Positions 47,542 to 57,230 of a stretch of DNA of 64,000 nucleotides are shown here, piece by piece. The first letter of the stretch is position 1. Each line of letters begins with the position of its first letter. The stretch is from an uncultured Thermoplasmata archaeon (GTDB taxonomy: Archaea > Thermoplasmatota > Thermoplasmata > UBA10834): the NCBI GenBank assembly GCA_963719945.1, contig CAVRDX010000001.1:704001-768000 (forward strand). The letters run 5' to 3'. Below the pieces are notes generated by a model. That model made no database searches and was not told where the DNA came from. It saw nothing but the letters and a program-made list of their open reading frames with translations. The translations under genes and the position numbers were made by a program.

Positions 47542-49398
47542 ATGCGAATAGCGAGCATCGTGTGCATGGCGGTGATTGCCGCTTTGATATCGACAATACC
47601 CTTGCCAGCGGACAGCTCCCATGTGGAGGGTGCATCGACCGATGATATCAGCTGGACCATCATGGTCTACATGGCAGCGGATGCATACCCAGAACTACCT
47701 TGGGAGGATGATGTCAACGAGATGGAGGGGGCATCACTTCCGGATTGCATCAATGTGATAATTCTAGTGGACCCGCTAGGGGATGACAATTCGGTCATTC
47801 TGGAGTTGGCAGAGGACGACCCATGGAATGCAGAGATCGTATCTACAATCTTGCCGGACGACGGAACAGTCATACCCACGGGGGAAGCGAACATGGCCTC
47901 TCCGATGGTCTTGAGCAACTTCATCATCTATGCGAGCAACGAGTTTCCCGCAGACAGACTTGTGCTGGTGATCTGGGGTCATGGCGGTGGATGGTTCGGC
48001 ATCTGCCCGGACGGCCCTTCCGTGATGTCAATAGTCGATTTGGGTGACGCGCTACATCAGGCGACTGTCGATCTCGAACGACCTCTCGATATGATCATCA
48101 CCGATACCTGCGTCGAAGGGGTGATGGAGACCATGTATGAGGTCCGGAATTGCGCGAACATATATGTCGGCAGCGAGAAGCTCGTGCCAGCGACTGGCCT
48201 TGAGTACGACCTGGCTTTGGATTCACTCTCCGATGATCCTGCACAGACTCCCGCGGAATGGGGCAGTTCGATAGTTGAGGATTATGTATCCAGCTTATTC
48301 TTCTCAGACTTGTCTGTGGAGCTCGGAGTCTTCGACCTGGATGAGATCGAACTACTCGCCCAGGGAATGGACCGATTCTCTCACCAGGCGCTCATATACG
48401 ACTCGCTCTATGGAAACGACCTGCAGTCTGCGATCTTGTCGGCACAGAGTTCAGACTACGATGGATGGTACAAGGATATCGGTGACCTCTTCTCCCGAAT
48501 CCAGCAGGCTCCGCTCCCGATCGAACTCAGAGCACTTGCATCCAGTGTCCTGCGCACCTATGATGATTTCGTGGTGTGTTCGCAGTCATATTCGAGCCTG
48601 TTGGATGAATCGCAGACCAACTTCACAGGTGCGGCTGTGTACATCCCGACATATGACATCATGGATTACGGGTATGACGATCTTGATTTTGCGATGACCG
48701 ATTGGGATGAGATGTGTGTCGAAGCACTAGACACGGGGGATGTGCAAGACAATAATGCGCCCGCACCGTCTGTAGAATATGTCGAGACGGATGGTGTGTT
48801 GAGCACGGCGATAATAGAATGGGATGAAGGATTTGAATACTACGAGGCATGGGTTTTCATAAACACGACGAACGGGCTTGAGATGTGGGACGTGATAGGG
48901 TCAGAGGAACCTTCGATCGTCATTAATGGCGTGGGTGGAGAACTGACAATCTCAACATGGGCGGGGTCTCAGGTGCAAGCGGAGACGCACCATACCATTG
49001 ACGCACTCATGCAGTGCACGATCACCCTAAATGTAATTCTTACATCCATGAATGGACCACCACCAGATGGGATCGATGTGGTCGCGATAACTGAGAAGGG
49101 TGAATTCGAGTTCACGAACACCGGCGACGGATATGCACTGGAGATGATTGTCCCCGATGACGCCTCGATAGGCGACCTGATCACGATCGAAGTAAGGGAT
49201 CGAGAGACTGGTGCATTGATCGGATCGAATAGGACCTACATCGAGACGAACCGCTCGGTGACCGAAGTGCTCGTGTGGTCGGCTCCATCAACGGGATTGG
49301 GAATGCAATTCTATCTCCCGGCTGGGGCCTTGGTCGCAATCGCAATCATCCTGATCATGGTAGCCGCGAGCGCCAGACATAAGAAGAACAGGCTCTGA
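47542..49398 (+). CDS. Secreted, membrane-anchored clostripain-family (C11) cysteine peptidase
   Basis: Signal peptide, WTIMVYMAAD, EANM, WGHGGGW (His), DTC (Cys), GSE; C-terminal TM plus RHKK. Confidence 0.88.
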   Translation: MRIASIVCMAVIAALISTIPLPADSSHVEGASTDDISWTIMVYMAADAYPELPWEDDVNEMEGASLPDCINVIILVDPLGDDNSVILELAEDDPWNAEIVSTILPDDGTVIPTGEANMASPMVLSNFIIYASNEFPADRLVLVIWGHGGGWFGICPDGPSVMSIVDLGDALHQATVDLERPLDMIITDTCVEGVMETMYEVRNCANIYVGSEKLVPATGLEYDLALDSLSDDPAQTPAEWGSSIVEDYVSSLFFSDLSVELGVFDLDEIELLAQGMDRFSHQALIYDSLYGNDLQSAILSAQSSDYDGWYKDIGDLFSRIQQAPLPIELRALASSVLRTYDDFVVCSQSYSSLLDESQTNFTGAAVYIPTYDIMDYGYDDLDFAMTDWDEMCVEALDTGDVQDNNAPAPSVEYVETDGVLSTAIIEWDEGFEYYEAWVFINTTNGLEMWDVIGSEEPSIVINGVGGELTISTWAGSQVQAETHHTIDALMQCTITLNVILTSMNGPPPDGIDVVAITEKGEFEFTNTGDGYALEMIVPDDASIGDLITIEVRDRETGALIGSNRTYIETNRSVTEVLVWSAPSTGLGMQFYLPAGALVAIAIILIMVAASARHKKNRL

Positions 49399-49403
49399 AT
49401 CGC

Positions 49404-50075
49404 TCAGAATCTCTTACTGAACAGATATTTCAGATTGCTCAGACCGTCTCGCCAGCTGTTCAATTTGACCTCACCCACCCGGACACGGTATGCGATCGGA
49501 ACCTCGACAGACTTGCATCTCCTGAAGGCTTCGATCTTGATCTCCTCGGACATCGCCATGCCGTCGCTCTCGATGTCGAGGCTTGGTAATATCTCCTTTC
49601 GGAAGACCCACATCCCACTCTGAGAGTCATGGACACGCACTCTGAACAAGAGTCTCATTGAGATAGAGAGCACCTTGTTGCCGAATCTGTGCATGCCGCT
49701 CATCGCTCCAGCTTCCATATTAGCGAACCTGTCGGTAGTGATGAAGTCGAGGTTCTCCCGCTCCAACCTATCGCTCAGTCCAGGAATGTCCGACGCCGGG
49801 TAGGTCATATCTGCATCCAAAGTCGCGATGATATCACCAGAGGCCTTCTCGAACCCCGTCTTGTAAGCCCTGCCATAGCCACGCCGCGGTTCGTCGATGA
49901 CTACCGCACCCTTCTCGCATGCTATCTCCCGGGTACGATCCTTCGAGTTTGTGTCGACGACCAGGACCTCGTAGGGTCTGATGCCCTCCAGTGCCGATCG
50001 GACCTCGTCCAGAACCAATCCGATACTCCGGTCCTCGTTCATAGTTGGAATGATGACAGATATCTTTCCGGCCAT
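49404..50075 (-). CDS. GT2 glycosyltransferase (Dol-P-sugar synthase-like)
   Basis: IPTMNE, RGYG, DAD, DSQSG, R.GE.KL. Confidence 0.9.
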   Translation of the reverse strand: MAGKISVIIPTMNEDRSIGLVLDEVRSALEGIRPYEVLVVDTNSKDRTREIACEKGAVVIDEPRRGYGRAYKTGFEKASGDIIATLDADMTYPASDIPGLSDRLERENLDFITTDRFANMEAGAMSGMHRFGNKVLSISMRLLFRVRVHDSQSGMWVFRKEILPSLDIESDGMAMSEEIKIEAFRRCKSVEVPIAYRVRVGEVKLNSWRDGLSNLKYLFSKRF

Positions 50076-50082
50076 GGACGGA

Positions 50083-50928
50083 TCATCTCCCCGGGAAGAT
50101 AACGCTCGACCGTTTCCGCTTCTTCCTCTCCGCCTGCAAGGCAGATATGCGCTCAGGGGGGTGCTCGAACAACTTGCACATCATGTAACCGAGCAAGGCG
50201 ACGCCCAAACGCGCGAGAGCCCAGAAAGAAATCGATGTCTCGAACAATCGCTGAGGCTTGTAACTCGACCAGAGATTGCCGTACTTCATGGTGAGTTGTT
50301 TGCGGCCCCAGCCATTCCAGAAAGCCTGTTTTAGGAAACCTATGAAGCTGCCCTTTGTTCGATGATATATGATCGCGTCGTCATTGTAGCCCAGAGTGAA
50401 TCCGGAGGAGACTGCTCTGAAGTTCAGGTCTATGTCCTCTGCCGTGATGAACCATTCATCGAATCCGTTCACTGAATCCATAACCAGCTTCTTCCAAGCC
50501 ATGTTCGCGCTCGGATAGGACACATCAAAGCCGTTGTGATAGAGTTCGACGCGCTCCAGGTCCTCGAATGCGTGATACCCGATGTTTATCGCTTTTCCCG
50601 CGACTATGTCGAATTCTGCGAGTGATCTCCTCAGCTCGGTGAGCCAGAACGGGTTGGCTATGCAATCTCCGCCAGTAGTAGCGATTGCGTCGCCTTTCGC
50701 CTGGGCAAGCCCGAAGTTGGTACTCTCGCCGCGAGTGCCAGGATGATGGAACAGGCTGATCTCGGGGTGCTTCTCCATGTATTTCCTTATAATTTCGACA
50801 GTGCCGTCACAGCTCCCCGCATCGACTATGACGATCTCGAATGGTCCTTCCTGGGTAACGAGGCTGTCAAGGAGGTCCCTTATGTGCCGCTTCTCGTTAA
50901 GCAGGTTCAGGACTACGCTTATGAGCAT
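50083..50928 (-). CDS. GT2 glycosyltransferase
   Basis: IVDAGSCDGT, GFDE...AEDIDL. Confidence 0.88.
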   Translation of the reverse strand: MLISVVLNLLNEKRHIRDLLDSLVTQEGPFEIVIVDAGSCDGTVEIIRKYMEKHPEISLFHHPGTRGESTNFGLAQAKGDAIATTGGDCIANPFWLTELRRSLAEFDIVAGKAINIGYHAFEDLERVELYHNGFDVSYPSANMAWKKLVMDSVNGFDEWFITAEDIDLNFRAVSSGFTLGYNDDAIIYHRTKGSFIGFLKQAFWNGWGRKQLTMKYGNLWSSYKPQRLFETSISFWALARLGVALLGYMMCKLFEHPPERISALQAERKKRKRSSVIFPGR

Positions 50929-50990
50929 CCTAAATCAACGCCCTCGGAAATGGCTGAGACCTTATTATGGTTTCCAGTTCGGAACCGAGG

Positions 50991-52304
50991 TCAGGCATAT
51001 CCGTACCCAATCCCCAGATACTTCGCACCGGAGGCTTTCACTTTCTTCGGGTCCAGGCATCTCCGGCCATCCACCACCACAGGGGACTTCATCTTAGAGA
51101 ACTCCTTCCGACCCAGCTTGCGGAAATCAGGCCAATCGGACTGCACTATGCACGCATCAGCTCCTGCGATGCACTCCGCAGCAGACGAGGCGTATTCGAT
51201 CGTCGGCATCACCCTGATGAAGTTGGACATAGCCATCGGATCGTACGCGACGACCCTGGCCCCTCTGGACAACAGTGATGTGATGAGCGATACTGCCCTT
51301 GTCTCCCGAATATCATCCACACCGCCTTTGAACGCCAGACCCAAAACAGCCACGCGCATCCCCCGGATAGAACCGACCTCGCGCTCCAACAACCAGATTG
51401 CCTCCACAGGCTGATGCTCATTGATTCCATCGAGTGCTGACAATAGCTTGGAGGAATATCCCTCCTGGCGGGCCTTGTCCCTCAAGGCCTTCACGTCCTT
51501 CGGCAGACAGCTCCCACCGTAGCCCAACCCTGGCGTCAGAAAGAGCGGCCCGATCCGAGGATCCTTGCCGGCGGCGACGAGGACCGTCTCGGAATCTATC
51601 CCGAACCTGACGCACATATTGGCTATCTCGTTGGCGTAGGATATTTTCGTCGCGAGGAAAGAGTTCGATGCGTACTTTATCATCTCAGCAGTCCGCAGGT
51701 CCGTGCGTATCTTATGAGTCTTGACCTTGGAATACAACCTCATGAGCATGTCGCCAGAGCGTTTGTCCATCGACCCAACGACGATCCTGGAGGGTTCCAT
51801 GCTGTCCTTCAACGCGCTGCCCTCCTGGAGGAACTCTGGGTTCATGCAGAGCCCGAAACCGGTTCCGGCCAACTTGCCAGAGCCAGATTCGAGTATGGGT
51901 TTCACCACGGAATCCGTCGTCGAGGGGACCACGGTGCTCTTCATCACGACCACCTTGAAATCATCGGATAGCCGGAGTGCTTTGGATATGGTCCTGGACG
52001 CGGACTTCACAGGCGTCATGTTGATCCGTCCAGATGGCAAAGACGGTGTCTGGACGCATATGAAAACGAATCTCGAATCTATCGCTGCCTGAAGCACGTC
52101 TGTCGTTGCACTCAACTTCCCAGACTTGACGAGCTTGCCAAGCTCCTTCTCGAGAGGAGGCTCGTAAAAAGGTGACTTGCCAGAGTTGACTGTCCTCACA
52201 CGGACTTCGTCGATATCGGCGCAGACCACATCATGACCGAGCTTGCCGAACATGACTCCAGTGGCAAGTCCCACATACCCAGCTCCGACGACGCAGATCT
52301 TCAT
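50991..52304 (-). CDS. ugd: UDP-glucose 6-dehydrogenase family protein
   Basis: GAGYVG, KSTV, NPEFLQEG, KYASNSFLA.KIS, GGSCLPKD. Confidence 0.9.
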   Translation of the reverse strand: MKICVVGAGYVGLATGVMFGKLGHDVVCADIDEVRVRTVNSGKSPFYEPPLEKELGKLVKSGKLSATTDVLQAAIDSRFVFICVQTPSLPSGRINMTPVKSASRTISKALRLSDDFKVVVMKSTVVPSTTDSVVKPILESGSGKLAGTGFGLCMNPEFLQEGSALKDSMEPSRIVVGSMDKRSGDMLMRLYSKVKTHKIRTDLRTAEMIKYASNSFLATKISYANEIANMCVRFGIDSETVLVAAGKDPRIGPLFLTPGLGYGGSCLPKDVKALRDKARQEGYSSKLLSALDGINEHQPVEAIWLLEREVGSIRGMRVAVLGLAFKGGVDDIRETRAVSLITSLLSRGARVVAYDPMAMSNFIRVMPTIEYASSAAECIAGADACIVQSDWPDFRKLGRKEFSKMKSPVVVDGRRCLDPKKVKASGAKYLGIGYGYA

Positions 52305-52398
52305 CGAGCCTCGAATCGACTGTTACCGTATAAATCCTTTCAGAAAACGACCTCGAGCCCGGAAATCATTATATTGTCACCTGGCGTTCAAACGGGTG

Positions 52399-53253
52399 AT
52401 GAAGGTCGTCATACCAGCCGCAGGATTGGGGATAAGGTTCCTGCCGGCCACGAAGGTACAGCCGAAGGAGATGTTGCCGGTTGTAGACAAACCAGCCATA
52501 CAGTATGTCGTCGAGGAAGCGGTCTCTTCCGGAATGACTGATCTGATCATCATCACTGGCCGAGGGAAGAGGGCAATCGAAGATCATTTCGACAGATCAT
52601 ACGAATTGGAGCACAAGCTCAGGGACAGTGGCAACATTGAGGCCCTCGAAGAGGTAAAGAGGATCGCCTCCATGGCCGACATATTCTACATCAGGCAGAA
52701 GGAGCAGCTCGGGCTTGGCCATGCCATACTATGTGCCAAGAAGCATGTGGGGAACGAACCATTCGCTGTAATGCTCGGTGACGATATCGTGGTCAACGAC
52801 CATCCATGCATAGGCCAGTTGGCAGACATCCATGAGGAGATGGGGTCGTCAGTGGTCGGGGTCGAAAGCGTGCCCAAGTCCAAGATATCCAGATACGGAG
52901 TCATAGACGGTAAGAAGGTCCGGAAGGGGTTATACAAGGTGAGAAATCTGATCGAGAAGCCTTCGCCCGAGGAGGCGCCGTCAGATCTCGCGATAATCGG
53001 AAGATATGTCTTCGAACCGGAGATATTCACATATCTGGAAAAGATAGGTCCTGGCAAGGACGGCGAATATCAGCTCACGGACGCTATGAAGCTACTCTGT
53101 CGCAAGAAAGGGCTCTACGGGCTGAAGTTCGCGGGAAGGAGGTTCGACATCGGCAGCAAGGCGGACTGGATCAGGGCCACCGTCGAGCTCAGCAGCGAAC
53201 GGAAGGACATCGCCTCCGAGCTCGGATTCACTGTCCACAAGAAGACCAGGTAG
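52399..53253 (+). CDS. galU: UTP--glucose-1-phosphate uridylyltransferase
   Basis: PAAGLG.RFLPATK.QPKEMLP, GLGHA, LGDD, EKP, QLTDA. Confidence 0.93.
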   Translation: MKVVIPAAGLGIRFLPATKVQPKEMLPVVDKPAIQYVVEEAVSSGMTDLIIITGRGKRAIEDHFDRSYELEHKLRDSGNIEALEEVKRIASMADIFYIRQKEQLGLGHAILCAKKHVGNEPFAVMLGDDIVVNDHPCIGQLADIHEEMGSSVVGVESVPKSKISRYGVIDGKKVRKGLYKVRNLIEKPSPEEAPSDLAIIGRYVFEPEIFTYLEKIGPGKDGEYQLTDAMKLLCRKKGLYGLKFAGRRFDIGSKADWIRATVELSSERKDIASELGFTVHKKTR

Positions 53254-53356
53254 ATACAGGGCCAGGCAGTACTACAGTGTTTTCTGTAGGTCCACAAGGT
53301 ATTGTTCAATAATCCTTTATAGCAGCCATAGGATTTCGAATAGGGGGCAAGACCCG

Positions 53357-53851
53357 ATGAGACTCCTGGCAGAATATTACAAGGTAGACGATGCCGAGAT
53401 CGGCGAAGGCACTGTCGTACGAGATTACGTCAACCTCTATGGGTGCAGGATAGGCAGGGACTGCAAGATTGGAGCATATGCTGAGATACAGAGAGGCGTC
53501 ACGATCGGTGACAGATGCAAGATCGAGGCTTTCGCATTCATACCGTCAGGGGTCACGATAGAGGATGAGGTCTTCATCGGGCCACATGCTTGTTTCACCA
53601 ACGATCGAGTGCCAAAGGCCGTCGGGGATTGGGAGGTGACGCCCACAATCGTCAAGAAGGGGGCGTCGATAGGAGCCAATGCTACGATAGTCTGCGGCAT
53701 CACTATCGGCGAGAACGCGCTCGTGGGAGCAGGGGCCGTTGTGACGAAGAACGTTCCCGCAGGAGCAGTCGTTGTCGGATCACCGGCCAAGATTATCAAG
53801 AAGAAGACCATCGGTAAGGTCAAGAAGAGTTCGAGGAGGAGTAAGAAATGA
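53357..53851 (+). CDS. Hexapeptide-repeat sugar N-acyltransferase (WbpD/WlbB-like)
   Basis: VFIGP..CFTND, GASIGANATI. Confidence 0.85.
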   Translation: MRLLAEYYKVDDAEIGEGTVVRDYVNLYGCRIGRDCKIGAYAEIQRGVTIGDRCKIEAFAFIPSGVTIEDEVFIGPHACFTNDRVPKAVGDWEVTPTIVKKGASIGANATIVCGITIGENALVGAGAVVTKNVPAGAVVVGSPAKIIKKKTIGKVKKSSRRSKK

Positions 53852-54936
53852 AAGTACCGCAGGCGCAGCCAGTCATGACGGAGAAGATGATAGAAGCCGC
53901 CGCGACAGCCCTCAGGAACGAGAGGCTCACGCTGGGTGACAGCGTGTTCAAGTTCGAGGAGGCTTTCGCAAAGATGTGCGGCGTCGACCATGCCATCGCC
54001 CTTGGCTCAGGAACAGCAGCCCTGCAACTCGGCCTTCAGGCCGCGGGAGTGAAATCAGGCGACAAGGTCCTCACATCTGCGATGTCTTTCGTAGCCACTT
54101 CGAACTCGTTCGTCGTATTCGGCGCGAAGCCAGTGTTCTCCGATGTCGACGGAGTCGACTTCAACCTGGATCCAGCCAAGATCCACCTGGACAAGGAGAC
54201 CAAAGCGATCATACCAGTACACCTCTATGGCCATCCCGCGAAGATGGACGAGATCAACGAGATTGCGAAGAAGCATGATGCGGTCGTCGTCGAGGATGCC
54301 TGTCAAGCGCATGGCGCCAGGTACAAGGGTCGGAGGGCTGGCGCCCTCGGGCTCATGGGTTGCTTCTCATTCTACCCCACTAAGAACATGCATGTCGGCG
54401 GAGACGGTGGGATGATCACCACGAACGATGCCAGGATCGCAGAGGTCACGAAGAAGCTCAGACACTGCGGCAGGAAAGGGCAGTACGAGCATGACATCAT
54501 AGGCTACACCGCCAGGCTGAATACTGCGAACGCCGCGGTGGGAATAGAGCAATTGAAACTCCTGGACCAGTGGAACAACAAGAGGCGAGAGATAGCCAAG
54601 AAATACGACCAGATGTTGAAAGGAGTAGGCGATCTCAGGCTTCCGTTGCAGCCAAGCAAGGACTTCGAACCAGTTTACCATCAGTACTCGTTGCTCACGA
54701 AGAAGAGGAACGAGCTCAAGGCACATCTGGAATCCAATGGAATCGGCGTCGGTGTGCACTATGAGATCCCGATACACCTGCAGCCGATATACAGGGAGAT
54801 GTATGGGTTCAAGGAGGGCATGTTGCCAATCACTGAGAGGCTGTGCAAGGAAGTCCTTACCCTGCCCATGTTCGTCGACATAAAGGACGAACAGATCAAG
54901 TATGTCGTGGAGAACATCAAGGGATTCTACGGTTAG
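53848..54936 (+). CDS. DegT/DnrJ sugar aminotransferase (WbpE-like)
   Basis: SGTAAL, PVHLYG, EDACQAHG, SFYPTKN. Confidence 0.92.
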   Translation: MKVPQAQPVMTEKMIEAAATALRNERLTLGDSVFKFEEAFAKMCGVDHAIALGSGTAALQLGLQAAGVKSGDKVLTSAMSFVATSNSFVVFGAKPVFSDVDGVDFNLDPAKIHLDKETKAIIPVHLYGHPAKMDEINEIAKKHDAVVVEDACQAHGARYKGRRAGALGLMGCFSFYPTKNMHVGGDGGMITTNDARIAEVTKKLRHCGRKGQYEHDIIGYTARLNTANAAVGIEQLKLLDQWNNKRREIAKKYDQMLKGVGDLRLPLQPSKDFEPVYHQYSLLTKKRNELKAHLESNGIGVGVHYEIPIHLQPIYREMYGFKEGMLPITERLCKEVLTLPMFVDIKDEQIKYVVENIKGFYG

Positions 54937-54946
54937 GTCGAGAGAT

Positions 54947-55900
54947 ATGGCGAAGTACAATGTCGGTGTCATAGGGATAGGCTACTGGGGCAGGAAGATC
55001 CTGGACGAGTTCACGAAAGTAGAGGATGTCAGTGTGGTCGGGGTATCCGACCTTGACGAGAAGAATCTTGCTTTCGCCAGCGAGAGGTACGGCGTGAAGT
55101 CCGGGTACAAGAACTACAAGGACCTGCTCGCGGTGGATGGATTGAACGCGGTGGCCATCTGCACTCCGAACAAGTTGCATTTCCAGGTGTGCAAGGACGC
55201 ACTCGAGGCTGGCAAGCACGTACTGGTCGAGAAGCCGATAACCCTCACATCGAAGGAGGGCAGAGAATTGGTCGCGCTCGCCGAGAAGAAAGGGCTCCTG
55301 CTATCCGTCGGTCACATATTCAGATTCAACAACGCGCTGTCTGAGATAAGACGGTTGATCGAGCAGAAGTTCTTCGGCAAACTGTTCCTCATGGAGATGA
55401 CATGGGTCAATCTCGAGAAGGCGTTCCCAGACAGGGACGTTCTCTTCGACCTGGCCCCGCACATGTTCGACATACAGAACTATCTCCTCGGGGAATGGCC
55501 AGAGGAGATCATCTGCGTGGGAGGACCGTTCAGGAGGGAAGAGGGCGAGGAGACGGCCTATGTGACCACCAAGTTCAAGGACGGCGTCATCGCGACCGCG
55601 AATGTCAGCTGGCTAGTGCCCAGGAAGACCAGACAGATCATGCTAGTGGGCGAGAACAGGTCCGCCCTCATAGATGCAGTCGGCCAGGAAGTCACCGTCT
55701 ACGAAAGCGGATATACATACAAGCTCGGGGTCGATAGGAACAACACGATCGGTGACGAGCTGGTGCATTTCGTCAAATCCATCGCCAATCCGAAGACGGA
55801 GACCAAGAACAGCGGCATCGTCGGCGTGAAGACGGTGGAACTGATAGAAGCTGCAAAGACCTCGATGAGGGAGGGACGCTCCGTAAAGCTGCAGCATTGA
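54947..55900 (+). CDS. Gfo/Idh/MocA oxidoreductase (WbpB-like)
   Basis: GIGYWG, GKHVLVEKP, DLAPH. Confidence 0.88.
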   Translation: MAKYNVGVIGIGYWGRKILDEFTKVEDVSVVGVSDLDEKNLAFASERYGVKSGYKNYKDLLAVDGLNAVAICTPNKLHFQVCKDALEAGKHVLVEKPITLTSKEGRELVALAEKKGLLLSVGHIFRFNNALSEIRRLIEQKFFGKLFLMEMTWVNLEKAFPDRDVLFDLAPHMFDIQNYLLGEWPEEIICVGGPFRREEGEETAYVTTKFKDGVIATANVSWLVPRKTRQIMLVGENRSALIDAVGQEVTVYESGYTYKLGVDRNNTIGDELVHFVKSIANPKTETKNSGIVGVKTVELIEAAKTSMREGRSVKLQH

Positions 55901-55945
55901 CCTCATAGGGGCATTTTTATAGTCTGCTCGGCGAATCACCGGGGG

Positions 55946-57079
55946 ATGGCATCCACCCTGATGCTCCTAGCGAATCCGTATAGACCCGATCCCCGAGTCA
56001 GAATCGAAGCCAAGACTCTCACTGCTGCGGGGTATCGTGTCCAGATACTCGCCTGGAGCAGGGATACGGGAAAGGCCGAGACAATCGAAGAAGAGGGCGT
56101 CGAAATCATCAGGACTGGCCCTGTATGCCCATTCAGATCCGCAGGGAGGATGGTCTCCAGCCTCCCGAGATATTGGATGGCTGCGCTGAGGGCATCTAGG
56201 AGCATGCAGTTCGACCTCATTCATAGTCATGACCTGGACACCCTGCCACTCGGATTATGCATATCACGATTGACCGGAAAACCGCTCATCTACGATGGGC
56301 ACGAATTGTATTCCGCAATGGTGAAGGACGATGTGGGACCCATGTACCGACCTCTGTCGATACTCGAGCGCTTGCTCGTGGTGCGGGCGGATTCGGTCGT
56401 CACTGTGAGCGAGACCCTCGCAGACATCCTTTCCCGAGGCAGGAGTGACAAAGCGAGGATAGTCAGGACCAGTCCAGATGTCACGCCGGCCTCGGCGGAA
56501 GAGATCGCCTCGATCCGTGCCAAGTATGGCATCGGAGGGTTCGTGCTCGGCTACCTAGGCTCTCTAGAGCCAGGAAGATTCGTAGAGGAGCTTATCGGGG
56601 CTTTCGACCCCGAGGACGGCGTTACCGTGCTCATTGCAGGGAGCGGTTCCCTACAGGAAAAGGTGAAAGACGCGGCGGCGCATAAGAGCAATGTGATCTA
56701 TGTAGGCTCCATCAGCGCGGAAGAGGCACTCAGATTGACGGCAGCCAGTGACTTGGTGACCGCCATGATGGACCCCGGGAACCCCAATAATGTCATCGGC
56801 ACCCCTGGCAAGATATTGAATTCCATGGCTTTGGGCAAGCCAGTCGTGACGAATGAAGGCCTCGAGATTGCGAAGCTCGTCGAAAGCGCCGGATGCGGGA
56901 TCATTGTTCAATACAACAGAGATGATTTCAGGCAATCCATTCTGAAATCGATGAAGAATCTCGCACAACTCAAGGACAAGGGAGAGAAGGGAAAAATCCA
57001 CTTCGACAAGCACCTATCATGGTCAAAGAGCAGGGACGAGCTCCTAGCTGCCTACCGGTTCATGCTAGGCGCTGACTAG
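55946..57079 (+). CDS. GT4 glycosyltransferase
   Basis: DPRV..EA..L, HSHDLDT, YDGHE, MALGKPV. Confidence 0.87.
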   Translation: MASTLMLLANPYRPDPRVRIEAKTLTAAGYRVQILAWSRDTGKAETIEEEGVEIIRTGPVCPFRSAGRMVSSLPRYWMAALRASRSMQFDLIHSHDLDTLPLGLCISRLTGKPLIYDGHELYSAMVKDDVGPMYRPLSILERLLVVRADSVVTVSETLADILSRGRSDKARIVRTSPDVTPASAEEIASIRAKYGIGGFVLGYLGSLEPGRFVEELIGAFDPEDGVTVLIAGSGSLQEKVKDAAAHKSNVIYVGSISAEEALRLTAASDLVTAMMDPGNPNNVIGTPGKILNSMALGKPVVTNEGLEIAKLVESAGCGIIVQYNRDDFRQSILKSMKNLAQLKDKGEKGKIHFDKHLSWSKSRDELLAAYRFMLGAD

Positions 57080-57127
57080 TAATCCTGGGAAGAAGTATTA
57101 TATACCCAGCAACCCATTTTATTCCCT

Positions 57128-57145
57128 GTCCGACACATGTCGGAC
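57128..57145. promoter_or_regulatory. Palindrome at the predicted smc transcription start
   Basis: GTCCGACA-CA-TGTCGGAC about 25 nt downstream of TATA-like TTATATA. Confidence 0.45.
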
Positions 57146-57230
57146 TAGATCGGATGGGATGCAGGAAACAGCTGACGTCATAGTGCGTTAGCGATGGTTG
57201 TTTTCTCGTCCTGGATGGGAGTCGATCTCG

